Shown here: positions 49,155 through 60,964 of the stretch, one piece after another
Layout of the letters: each line of letters opens with the position of its first letter
How positions within the stretch are numbered: the stretch's first letter is position 1
Assembly: GCA_047495785.1 (NCBI GenBank)
Contig: JBLDXI010000048.1
Coordinates: 434,001-498,000, forward strand
Length of the DNA stretch: 64,000 nucleotides
From: Lepidodermella squamata
Lineage: Eukaryota; Animalia; Gastrotricha
Reading direction: 5' to 3'
Notes under the pieces: generated by a model
Seen by the model: the letters and a program-made list of their open reading frames with translations, nothing else
Told to the model about the DNA's origin: nothing
Database searches by the model: none
Program-made: the position numbers and the translations under genes

Positions 49155-49929
49155 TGTGTCAGAGATCAAATTTCCCCAAAGTTTAGGCAGACGTTATTTG
49201 ACGTGCAATACTCATATCTTCACGAAAATTGCTCTTTTCTCTTGAATTTATTGTTCTGCGTCCCGGGCGGTAGTTCAAGTTATCAGTGTACTACTGCAGC
49301 TAGAATGACAATAGGAATTTTAACGGTTTCAATGTTAACGAGTTTTCCAGTTTATTTACTCTGTGATCACGGAGAAGATCCGTCATTTTCAAATATGCAA
49401 CCGATTGCTACTCTGTGAAGGTTGCAATATCCGTTCGAAATTTTTTTATACCCTTTTGATGTTACTGTAAGACCAAATACTGGCAAGGGTTCCGCAGTTG
49501 CTCATAGCCTCAACTGCAATCATTTATTCCTCGTATATTTACACATTTCTTCACGTGCCCAATATTTTATAGATGCTCGGTTTGCGAACTCAATAGCAGA
49601 TTCGACCTTTTTAATAATAAATCCCCCTGCTATGCAGTCTCTTGTGCATTGTTGCATTCACATAAACTACACACCTGTTATACCACCTCAAATAACAGAA
49701 GACAAAGAAATAGAATGAGTTCAAAGAGAGAAAATTATATGAATGAGATAGTGACGGATTTAGTGACAGGAAAATAGCTCATGAGAAAAAGCGCAGACAA
49801 GAGTGGAGAGAAATAAGAATTATACAAAGAGAAGCAGGCGAATTCACCTCATTTTAATCGTGAATTTTCGTTATGTTATTGTGCCATCATGTCGGTTTTC
49901 AATAGGACGAATTTATATCACCGGTCACG

Positions 49930-50225
49930 GGCACAAAGTAGTTCAGTGCATAGCTGTCTGCTGTGCATTGAGCGTCAAGATCGATGGGCATGAGTTCGAT
50001 CCCCACCTGGGTTGACGGTGATTCATCAATGGCGCTCTACCCCGACTGTGGCCGACCACTCCATCGTGTTACAAAAGTGAAAAGTGGTAGATTAGGAGTG
50101 TCAGCGAGACTGCACTAATCGCTACCGAGCTGTCCGACTGAAGACTCCCCAACAAGCGACCCTAAGAGCGCTCATTCGGGACCCATGGCTTCGGCCCATC
50201 CATTAACGAATGGGACGGGAGCTGG
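49930..50225 (+). mobile_element. Probable tRNA-derived SINE; boundaries approximate
   Basis: A-box-like TAGTTCAGTGC (~49938) and B-box GAGTTCGATCC (~49992) followed by a GC-richer body; no complete cloverleaf. Confidence 0.45.
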
Positions 50226-50688
50226 TAAATTATTATTTAAGAAATCTTAGAATTCGAAAATCGATACGCAGATTTAGGCAAAAAGAGATTCCCAATAAAT
50301 ATAATACCTCGGGAGCCGTTTCAGCTCCCCATTTGCTATCTGCGATCTGAGGAAGCCAACTGATTTCGTGCACTTCTAGCTTCTAGAGTACGATGTTTGG
50401 TGAGCAACTGTAGCATCCGAACGCTATTAAATCCTCAAACAAATCGAAAAATTGGGGATAGAAAATTCGCTAGACATTGCAAAAATGCTGCGCTTCTTAG
50501 CGAATCGATCGTATTGATTTTTATTGCTTTATGCTGTTTGGGAAAAATAAACTTTTCATAAACATTCTGGTAGGTAGCATAACATGGTTGTTCAGATCTC
50601 CGATCATAGAGTAATTATACACAAATATATAGCAATCTCATCTCGATATTTACAAACAACACAATTATAGTACAGCAGCGATCATCTT

Positions 50689-53600
50689 TCAGCTTTCAGG
50701 CGGTGGCGTATACGCGACGTAACCGCCACGTTGCATCGTTTGATTCGGGCTGTTTGGTGCAGTTTCGCCCGAACCAATTGGCCCTAAAGTTGCCGCAGCA
50801 TACAGCTTCCTCTCATTCTCTTCAGCACGGTTATGTCTAATCGCCCAAATTGCGACTAAGATTAGACCAATAATTACGATGAATGAGAGGATAGCCAGCC
50901 AAATCAACAGGCCGATCAGAGTTTTATCAGCCACGAGATGAGTCTCACGGACTACGGCAGAGCTGCTTGATTGGAGGGCAGCGACTACAGCGTTAGTTAG
51001 ACCCTCAGATGAGGCGTCGATTTGAGCCGAAGCATATGCGGAGCCACTTCGCCCGGCCACAGTCATATCGGTGGTATTGACACAGGCGTAGGATCCTAGC
51101 GAATTAAGGCACAGAAGGCCCCAACCACCACATGGCTTTTGTCTCGGAGTTGAAGTCACAGGGTCGTAGCCAGAGCACTCGTCGACTTCTACAATCAAAT
51201 CAATCAAATCGAGGCTAAGAAGGTTCATGAAGAAACTTACCAATGCAAGACAATTTGTCTGGAGCAAGGTGGTAGCCACGTGGGCAGCCACATTCAAAAC
51301 TTCCCTCGGTGTTGACGCACGAAAACTGGCAGCCACCGTTCGAAACTTGACATTCATCAACATCGCGGCACTTTGTGTCGCGAGTGTCATATGCAAAGCC
51401 CTCCTGACATAAAGATTTCGGGGGGCCACCCGGGTAGCCCCTCTCACCTGGCGCACCCCGGTCACCCTTTTGACCAACGTCACCAGGAGGACCTTGTTCG
51501 CCTGCTGGGCCGAGGGGACCCAAGTCGCCTCGATCACCCTTCGGACCACCCCAGCCAGGTTGACCACGCTCACCAGCTTCTCCCTTGACACCCTTGTCAC
51601 CAATGAATCCGATGTAACCCTTGATTCCGGTGACACCCGGTGTGCCCTGGGTGCCGACTGGTCCTTGTTCACCTTTGTCACCAACAGGTCCCAATGGCCC
51701 AGGACCTCCAGGTTCTCCCTCGGGGCCAGGTGGGCCGAAAGGTCCTTCAGGGCCCTGAGGTCCTACGATACCTCGAGGACCAGGCTCGCCCGCAGGTCCG
51801 GCTGGGCCAGGAGGACCACGGGGTCCCTCGCCTCCAACAGCACCCGCTCGGTAGGGTCTGAACTTCTCCAAGGCGCAATCTTCGTCAATTTCGTTATCGA
51901 GATCGTCATCTAGGATAACAGAGGTAATTTTTCAGATAATTTTGGTGTTCGTTACTTACCAATGCCGTTGCAGAGCTCTTCGTCGACCAGCATATCGCAG
52001 TCGTTGTCCATGAGGTCACCGGTTATCATCTGCGACTTGACACAGTCTTCCTTGGAGCGAGCAATTGGGGTGAGGCGGCCACCGAGTGATGTAGCATACG
52101 ACTCGTGGCCATTCGCCGAGTATAGCATAGCGGCGAAGGTCCGAATAGGATTCTCGTGATACAAAACATGAGTCGTTGGCGGGCTGCGCAGCTCAACCCG
52201 AGCAGCGACGTAGTCCGAATCTGGAATCTTGAACCAACTCGGATGAAGGAGAGTATCTAAAAGTCAATATAGGACATTTTGATCAAGAATACTTTAATCA
52301 GAAGATCAAGCGGATCTCTTACCTAACGGAGAATGGTCCAGCATGATGCCACCGACATCGCCGCGTTTTGCAATGAGAGTTAAGAAATGTCTCAGTGGCT
52401 TGTCGTCACTTGAACCGGGTACATTGAAGGCGTAGTAGTCGTGCCACTGCTCAGCGGGCACCACCGACATCATAACAGGCCCTGGCGCCCCGGCGATTTG
52501 CGCGTCACCACTGTAGGTCATTTGGGTGACCTGAGCTGGCTTCAAAGTTCGAATAATTATCGGGCTATCAACCGGCAGTTCAATAGTCTGAGAACTACCA
52601 GCTTCGGATAAATTAAATTTCCGCTTGAACAACGTCTGATCGATAACTTCGATTTCGTTATTAGCCTCAGCTGTCAGGACGCGGATCAAATTTCGGCTTG
52701 ATGGCGTGGTCACAGAGGCGAAAACCCGGCCCCAGGTTACCTTAGGCGCCAAAGAGGCGACGAAGGTACTTTCAGTGGGGAAAACTCGGAATTCCTGGCC
52801 AACTGCAGTGTAAGCGTTACCGGCGAAAACTGCGATTGGCTTGTTCGACTTGATCCGAGTGCCAGTGAGATCAGCCCCAGTGGATTGGAACTGAAGAGTA
52901 TCCAAGCGGTCGAGTTTAAAGTCGAGCTTTTGTCCGGGGAGAATTTGGCGATTCTCAAAATTGAGAATCGGAGTTTCAGCCGAACGAGAAGGCTGTTCCT
53001 TGCTCAGCGGGTTTGAACGGGGCTTGGGCTGAGCCTAAAACATAAAATAGTGAAAGACTTGATTGGAAAAATTGGAAGAAAAACGGAAAAATAGAGGAAT
53101 TAAAAAACTTTGGGGTCTTCCACTCTCGATATTTTCATCAATAGCTTACCGGAGAGGCTTCGACTGTCGCTATGGCCTGTTGCAGCTGTGTTTGGCTGAA
53201 AGTTGGGAATTCGATGCTAACATCGGTACCATCAAAAGCAGCAACAATGCCAAACTGGCAGCGAGAGGTTGGAGTAGCATAGCAGCTGACTACATACTCG
53301 TTGTCGAGGGCATCGATTGGCTCGACAAGGAAAGAATCAGCCGAGGCCTTCTCTGACTGCTCAGCGATAACCTCGACATCATGCGTGCAGGAGATCAAAA
53401 TTCCTAAATGTGAATTGTTTTGTTAATCTGACAACAGAATTCGTCTTTTCCAAACCTTTCGTTGAACGACTGTTGCCGATCATTTGGAAAACCGGGTTTA
53501 CTCGCACTGTGTAGCCCTGAGCTTGGGTCAGGGTGAATGCAGCATCCAAGCGGGGGCTGTTCCATTTCTCGGATACAACGCGGCAATAAACGACAACTGG

Positions 53601-55746
53601 CGGATTTTCAGCCGTTGCAATGCTGATCCGCAGCTCAGTGGACGGCACGGCATCAATACCGTTTTCCATAAAAAGCAGAACGAATTGTTGACCAAACTGG
53701 TCTGGTGGTGGGCGGCGAGCTGGCGGTTTGGGTGCAGGTGTTGTAGTCGGAGCAGGAGTTGTCGTAGTTGGCGCGACGTAAGTCGTAACGCAATCTTCGT
53801 CCATAATTCCGTCCATATCGTTATCGATGCCGTCGTTACAGATTTCCTCGTCGATGCGACGATCGCAATCGTTGTCTACACCATCTCCAACACTCATAGT
53901 CGTGGGTTGGCAAGGTTGCTACAAACAAAAGTTACGTTTAATTCCTTGAAACCGAAAATCCAGAGCAAATTCAAATCGCTTACGTTAATTTGTGTGAGAC
54001 GAGCACCGCACGGGAAGCCATAGCTCTCACGATCGGCGTGTCCGTACAAGTAGCAACCGAAAACAACAGTCGGGTTGACATGTTGGACAGTGTGAAATTT
54101 GTTGGGACCGCCCATCAGAGTAACATTTGTGGCGGCGTAGACTGAGTTTGGATAATAGTACCAGTGAGCGTCACCAAGCGACTGGCCATCGATGCGGAGA
54201 CCGTCACGGTTGGAACGGTCAATGACCAACATAAGTTCATTTTGGTACTCGCCGGTACCCTCACCACCGACGGTAAGACCGGCGTAAGTTGGTGTGGCTA
54301 AAAGAGAATTTATTTTATTAATAAGATTTGACTTAATTCCAGAAATTCCAGCGAGAAAATCATGTCCCAAATATGCATACTAAAAAATGTTACACTAAGT
54401 CTTTATTGAAATTTACCCAATGTGTAGTCGTAGCTGAACAACTCGACCGGAACTTGCAAAATCATCGATGGGTCAGCTGTTTCGGCAGTGGTCTCCGAGG
54501 TTTGGCTAAGAACAATCTGAACAATCTGAATGGGCTTATTCGACTCGATAAAAGTCTGCGTGCGGCTAGGAATCAAAATTTGCACGTGATCGCCAGCTTT
54601 TTCCAAATTGTGAGTTCCAAAGCCCGAAATTGTGAAGATTGTTTCATCTTCAGCGGCGACGAACTTGAAATAATCGCCAGTGGTTCGGCCAGGAATAGCG
54701 ACGGTGGCAAAGGTTCTACCCCAAGATTCCACTGGGAAAAGCTGTTCGACCAAGTGGTCACGTGACCTCTCGATTACAGGCTTTGATGTATCGCCAACGT
54801 AAGTGCGAACATTTCCGCTGAAAACCGCAATCTAAAAATGACACAAAAATTGACAAATAATCACGTAACACCATTTGATGACGATCTAACATGGGCAAAA
54901 GCAATTCGATAAGGTGGGATTAAAGGATCAAAATAATTGCACCTATTGAACAGATTAAAAGAAATTTTCAGAAATACTTACCGGCTCAGTAGCTTCAATC
55001 CTAGTGCCAGTGAGATCGCCGCGGCTCTGCGCCTGGAATACATCCAACCGATTCAGTTTAACGGTTAAAGTCTCTCCAGATCGATAAGTCCTGCCACCGT
55101 AAACAACCGCAACGGGTTCCTCGCCAGTTTGGGCCTTATACCTCGGGAACGTAAGAGTGACCTCGGTGCCATCCTTGACCGCTACGATGCCGATCTGGCA
55201 CCGCATAGTAGGCGGATAATAAGTCACAGCAAAATATGTCTTGCCCAGCACATTGGTCGGAATAGCCAGAAAACCGTCGTTTGAAAATGTGTCCTTATTA
55301 ATGCCGTAGACCACAACTTCATCCGAAGCCTGGATTAACACACCCTTTGGCTCAGTTGTCGAACCAATGATGCGTAAAGATGGCGGCAGAGGTATGTCCT
55401 GAGCGAAACCCTCTTGAACTTGAAACCGCTGGAAAACCGACGCGCCTTCGTGCCAACGCGGCGCTGAACAGTTTCCCCATACGGCGAATTGTTTCTTAGT
55501 GGTGATGTAAAGTTCAAGTGGAAAACCGCGAGGCACGTCGACTGAATTTTCGTTAAACATGATAACGAATTCTTTGCCAGCATTATCGGCTACGTCCTTG
55601 TGTTGTGGGCCTAGTGGCCGGTTCAACGCCATTATTGGTGGTTGGAGAAACTCGTTGGGGGGCTCCATTGCTGGGCGCCTTTCAACGCCCGTCGCGGCGC
55701 CTAAGGTGACCAGCAGTGCCCCGAGTAAACGGGCGACCCGGTTCAT
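50689..55746 (-). CDS. Type I membrane protein: two IgGFc-binding (FCGBP N-terminal-like) regions, acidic DGxDNDCD repeats, collagen helix, EGF domains, TM; multi-exon
   Basis: [61 protein letters not shown]; [17 protein letters not shown]; 46 uninterrupted Gly-X-Y triplets; [22 protein letters not shown]; [29 protein letters not shown]. Confidence 0.88.
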
Positions 55747-57313
55747 GGCGGCCGGATCAGTTTAACGATAAGCTTTTAAACCACCTAACATGTAAAATAA
55801 ACAATTCGATTAGTACTGAAAGTAAAAAACCAAGGCTCTGAAATGATTCCTTATTGAATCTATTCAAAGAGTGCGGATTAATGGTTAATTCATAATTCTG
55901 AAAACTGAAGAAGCTATCAATCTGAGAAAACTTGCACTTTATCAAGCTGGAATTGGCCTCTTGTTTGGCCCAATGAAGTGGATAAATGAGATAATTCAAG
56001 GACAGATCAAGAGGGTCAGCTGTCAATCAAGGCGTTTTCAAAAACTTGTCGACTTTACAGCTTTGGCGTATGGAAAAGTAAACAGAAAAGAGCGGGCGAG
56101 TCGCTTGGCGGCGAACAAAGCAGCCACAACTACGGCAAGCAGTAGGGGCTCGCAAAGGAATTTTACTAATAGAAGATAATGATGCCATAGAGGGGCCGGT
56201 CTGAAGTCGAATGTTATTAACAATAACAACGGGCCGGCCCGCCATCCGACAACAAGAGCCGCCTCTTGACGACGCACTGTATAGCCCAGGCAGTGGTAGT
56301 TTTAGCTTATAGGATGGGCAGTATAAGTATATTATAATGACGATGGAAGTAGAAGCGCGCGCGCGCACAGGTAGCAAGATTGTGCGCGCACCCTGCTCGG
56401 ACCGGCAAACGTCCATCAGATGCGGGCGTGTACACAATGGTGGCCGTAGCTGTGCGCGCGTCGCATTGTGTTCGTCTATTGAGTGATGTTTGCTTAAGAA
56501 CGCAGCCATGCGTCCGATTGGTATGCACGCAGCGCCCATACGGGATGCGCGTACACCTTGCTACGTCTCCACCGGCAGCGGCGGCCGCCACGGGCCAGCG
56601 GCAACGAATGGGCTGGACAATGGTGCAGTGATTTTGCGAGATATGTTAATGATGATAAACAATAAATACTGCGTCTGTTCCGCTGTGTAATAAGCCACTG
56701 CCGTGATGGCTAATGTGATTAACCCGGCGGTCGTTGCATCGACAAGTTGGCAGCGCTCTCATCATCACTATGCCGTCGCATGGGACTGGGCGAAAAAAAA
56801 TCGCTTCTGCTAACTTGACACTTTACATCCTATTGAAGGTCGGGAGAAAATGGCGCCTCGGTAGAGCACACATCCGGTATTCCTCGGGTATTTTGGTGTC
56901 TGGTATCACTCTTCCTTAGCTTGAAAAATCGAGGATATCCAGCGGGATAGTAATGGAAGCTATATTTGGTTATTCGCGGTCCCTTCTAGGTCAGATGACA
57001 ATCAAAACTTACCTAAAAGCGAAAGAATGATCTCGAATGCTCAAATAAATTGTGGAAATATTGAGAATCTCAATTTGAGTGATACCGAATCGAATAAATG
57101 TTTGATAAATTAGAACCATTGTTATCTCGAGAGAAAGAAAACATCCCGAAAAAAGTTGTTAGGAATGCGATATGATTTTAGCATCAGGAAAAATACCAAG
57201 AAAAATACCGAAACAAATGATCCCAAAATCTGAAAATGTTCAAGCATCGGGTAACATGCAGAATTTTACTCATTTAAAGAGCAAGGTTATAAGTCCATCT
57301 GACGATCTAATAA

Positions 57314-59513
57314 TTACAGAAATGGATTATGCGTATGCGACCAATGGCGAGCGGCCGGCAACGCCACCAATAAATAAAAATTAGCTGCGAAATAAAACGC
57401 AAGACTTGTCCAAAACAGCAAACGATCCAGTACGATTGCAATCAATCGCCATTCACAAGCCAAAGCTTCCATGTGACGTGATCTCTCGACTTTAACCCCC
57501 GCGTAGGCCATTGTGTCTGATACTTGCTGTAATATTTCCATTCTTCTTGAATGCTCCTGGGGCCCAACTTGTTCGTAATTTGCTAAATTGACCAATTTTT
57601 TCGCATTGACCATGGTTTTCTTCAAACTTGGTTCGTGTAATGCTGATTTTTTTAGGGTGTTTCGACGCGATCTCACTTCAGTCACATTCGAATTTAAAGA
57701 ATTGTTGCTGAAAAGAGATGGAGGTCTAGCCTTCAGCACAGGAGATGGAGTCCCTCTCACGCTTCCTGGTGGTGGCACTGAGCTTAAGTAATCATCTTTT
57801 TCAAAATAAGAGTTTGGATCTTCGTGGCAAGATAGTTTGGATGAAGAACGGCGCCTTGCACTCTTTGATTGGCCTCTTTCTCGCTCTGTTGGTAGATCTA
57901 TTTTCAGGATCGGAGCCACACCGTCAAACAATAATCTCTTCAGCCATGTCGGAACGGGCCATAGGTGTTTGTACGCCCAGTGGACATTGAGAATGAAAAC
58001 TTGGAGAAGAATGACGAAACCGACCAAGGCCATTGTTATGATTAGATAGACACCTTAAAAGAAACAAATTAATTACCTACAACTTGAAATGTTCGCCTTA
58101 CTGATCAGCGGAACACTTTCGCCAGTTCTTGGCATGAATGTGGTTAGAAAAATGTAAACAATAAACGCGAAAATCAGCCCGATGCACAAGGTTATCTGTG
58201 GTAAGTTTTTTAAATTCAAGCATATTAGCAAAATACGCTATCTCCCTTACTTTTCGACCAGATTCTGCGGGTAAAAAGAATGAAAGCAGAGTGATAGTAG
58301 AAATCCAGGTAAGAGGGAAGAAAATGTAGAATAAATTCATCCAAATGAAGCGGCGTCGTAGTCGCAGAGATAGTTGCACAGTACTAGGCTGGTGCGATCC
58401 GCGATCGGCGTTGCTCCACGACCTGTTCGAATGGCGAAAATCTCTGGGATTTGTTTTTCGTTCTAGCATAGTACCGAGAACCTGCCACTTCCCAGATTCG
58501 CGGTACTGAGTCATGTCAGCTGTCGTGGATTTGTTAATAACCACAATTTCTGACGAGTCGTGCGCCCAGGAGCCAAAAAGTAGACGACAGCTGTGCTAAA
58601 AATCATGCAGAAAAACCAATGGCAAATATCTTCAACTGGGCCTAATTATTCACCTCGTCGAAAGGATACATCTGAAGATCCATCTGACAAGTCGACCTCG
58701 TCATGAGGTAAGGAGATACCGTAACGGTACCAGTGTTTTCTATTTGAGCCCTTATTCCTGACGCATAATTTGTCTCCAATGAGTCTCCTGCAAAGTTGTA
58801 GAGGACCACGTCGGGTAGCCAGAGCCTCTCCGTAGGCTGAAAATTGACAGTTCTTTTTGGGAAATTTTTGGAAGTAATAAATTCTTACGATTGTAATCAT
58901 ATGCAGCCTGTTGTAATCTTTAGGATCCCAGATAAATCTCGAGTCTTCAAAAGACTGGTTGATAAATAGAAATTAGGAAGTAGGCAGTATTAAGTATTAA
59001 GAAGGAATTAATAAGTGGGGCGGCGCTCACCAATTCAAGCCATATTCTTAAGTCGATGAACATTTTAACTTCATCAAGGGCGATCAGTTCGATAACATAA
59101 AGCGAGAAGTTAACCATTATTGGAATCGTATGATTAACTTCTGCACCATTTTGCTTTGGTGTTGGTTTTACTCGCCAATCGTAGTGGCGGAATAAGTGAA
59201 GACTGAGCCGCTCCTCATCAGTTGAGTTTCGACCATATCGATGCGTTCCTTTTTTACTCTCATGTGACACGTACTGCTTTGCTTCTGGGTCTTCATCTTC
59301 AAGGATAATTTTTGTACGATCGGCTAGACGAATCATGACATTGCTACTGCTACTGTGGCCAAGAATGGGTGACTCGATGACTTTGGCTTCCTCACCTCGA
59401 TCCTCGGCGTATTCATTCGCTGGTCGTTGGTTGACAAATGTTAGACGCGGAACAAACTGCGGAGTAACATGTGAGACAAATAGCGCAATAAGAATGAGCG
59501 CATGGGTGATCAT
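57314..59513 (-). CDS. Divergent nicotinic-acetylcholine-receptor-like (non-alpha) subunit; multi-exon
   Basis: DEERLSLHLFRHYDWRVKP; spliced Cys loop CQMDLQMYPFDE/HSC; FGSWAHD; ESGKWQV; FFLPAESGRK/ITLCI; VPTWLKRLL; EWRLIAIVLDRL. Confidence 0.9.
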
Positions 59514-60964
59514 GTCGGCTAAATAAATATTTCAGTTTTAAACCTAGGTATGGAATTCAAAGCGATGAGAAGTATTTAAAAACAGAATGGCAAAATAATC
59601 TCTAAATCCCTGTATTGCTATTTAGCAGTCGCGTGACAATGCCGCATGGCTCATTAGGTATTCTCGATATCATCGGTTCGAGAATATCGACTACTCAGCC
59701 TCGCTAGACGGCAATTACACAATCATCGAAAACAAAGTCATAAGGTTTGCACTTTGACAGAAAACAAAAACAATTTGGGCTGTGCTGCCTTTTTTACAGC
59801 ATCCGCCGCGAGGTTCTTTGAGCACGCTTTGAGCTTAATACCAACCGCAAAGCTTCCATGCTCCATGCTGATATGACTATGCTCTGCTTGTTTTACATTG
59901 ACCCCTTTGTTGTTTGGGTTTTGGTTCAGATGCCCAATATTAACTAGAATGCTAGAATTACGGATGGCGGATCGCTAGCAAATAGAGAAGAGTAATTCCA
60001 ACTTGAAGATTGCACACTTAAAATGAAATGGCACAAAGATGGTGGTCGCACTCGAGCAAAAGAAAATTCGTTGATGAATTGTAAAACCAGGCTGGCATGA
60101 GCGTGGCAAAATGACAGAACCATCAGAGTCAAACAGTCTGATTCCTAAATTCCTCAGGCTTCACCGAATGCAATCAAGCGAAAAAGGTTCCTCGCGAGCA
60201 ACTTGGAGAAAATCTGCCGGAATATTAAACTGCGGCAATAATAAAATTATTTTCCCGAATGCATTCATAAATAAAATAGAAATACCAGTTTTATTACCGA
60301 AAATTGTTTTTACTGTTTAAATTTTCAAATAGTCCATGCTTTTAATTTTTTGCGCCGCAAGAGTTTTTGCGAAGTCGTGCGCGCGGTTGCTTGAAAACTT
60401 CGATGCGGGTGATCGACGAAGTTAAAGCTTCCGCGAAGTTCGAAGGTGTCCTGATCCTGGGACATGAGGTTCTAGCTCTTAATTGAGGACATATTTGTGT
60501 TTGCTGATTGTAAACTTAGACTTTTTTATGTCTTCACAAAGGGCAATTCGCTCCGAAATTGTCCTACTTTTCGTTCTTGGTGGCACATTGCCTTGGCTAA
60601 CTTGATTACTGAGTGGGACATAAAGACTAAGGATCTGCTACAGCTGATGCCAATTAATATTCTCGATTTGATACAAAGTTTGGCGACATCATTTTTATTG
60701 CTATGCATAAGAAATAGCGTCACTCGTCATGTTCTCAGTGTTAAGCATTTGTGGAACCTTTTGTGGAGATAATGTACAGCATCTGGTGTGTACTACTAAA
60801 TTTTGGCATCGGTTCAAAAATATTGAAACGCGTGTTTCTCTTTTGCTGACCCTATTTTTGGCGATATTTACTTTGCATTGTCTTTAATTGTTGTATAACA
60901 TTGTACTCTTGTTCGCTAGAGTATTTTCGTATGCGTTCGTTTTTTCCCTATTCACTAATTTGTT

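Noticed and set aside
50689-51684. 331-aa ORF as a standalone gene
   Set aside because: Its first half is an alternative frame of the collagen exon plus an intron; only the part after ~51187 is the real last exon.
56027-56690. Several overlapping ORFs on both strands
   Set aside because: No recognisable motifs; expected by chance in GC-rich sequence.
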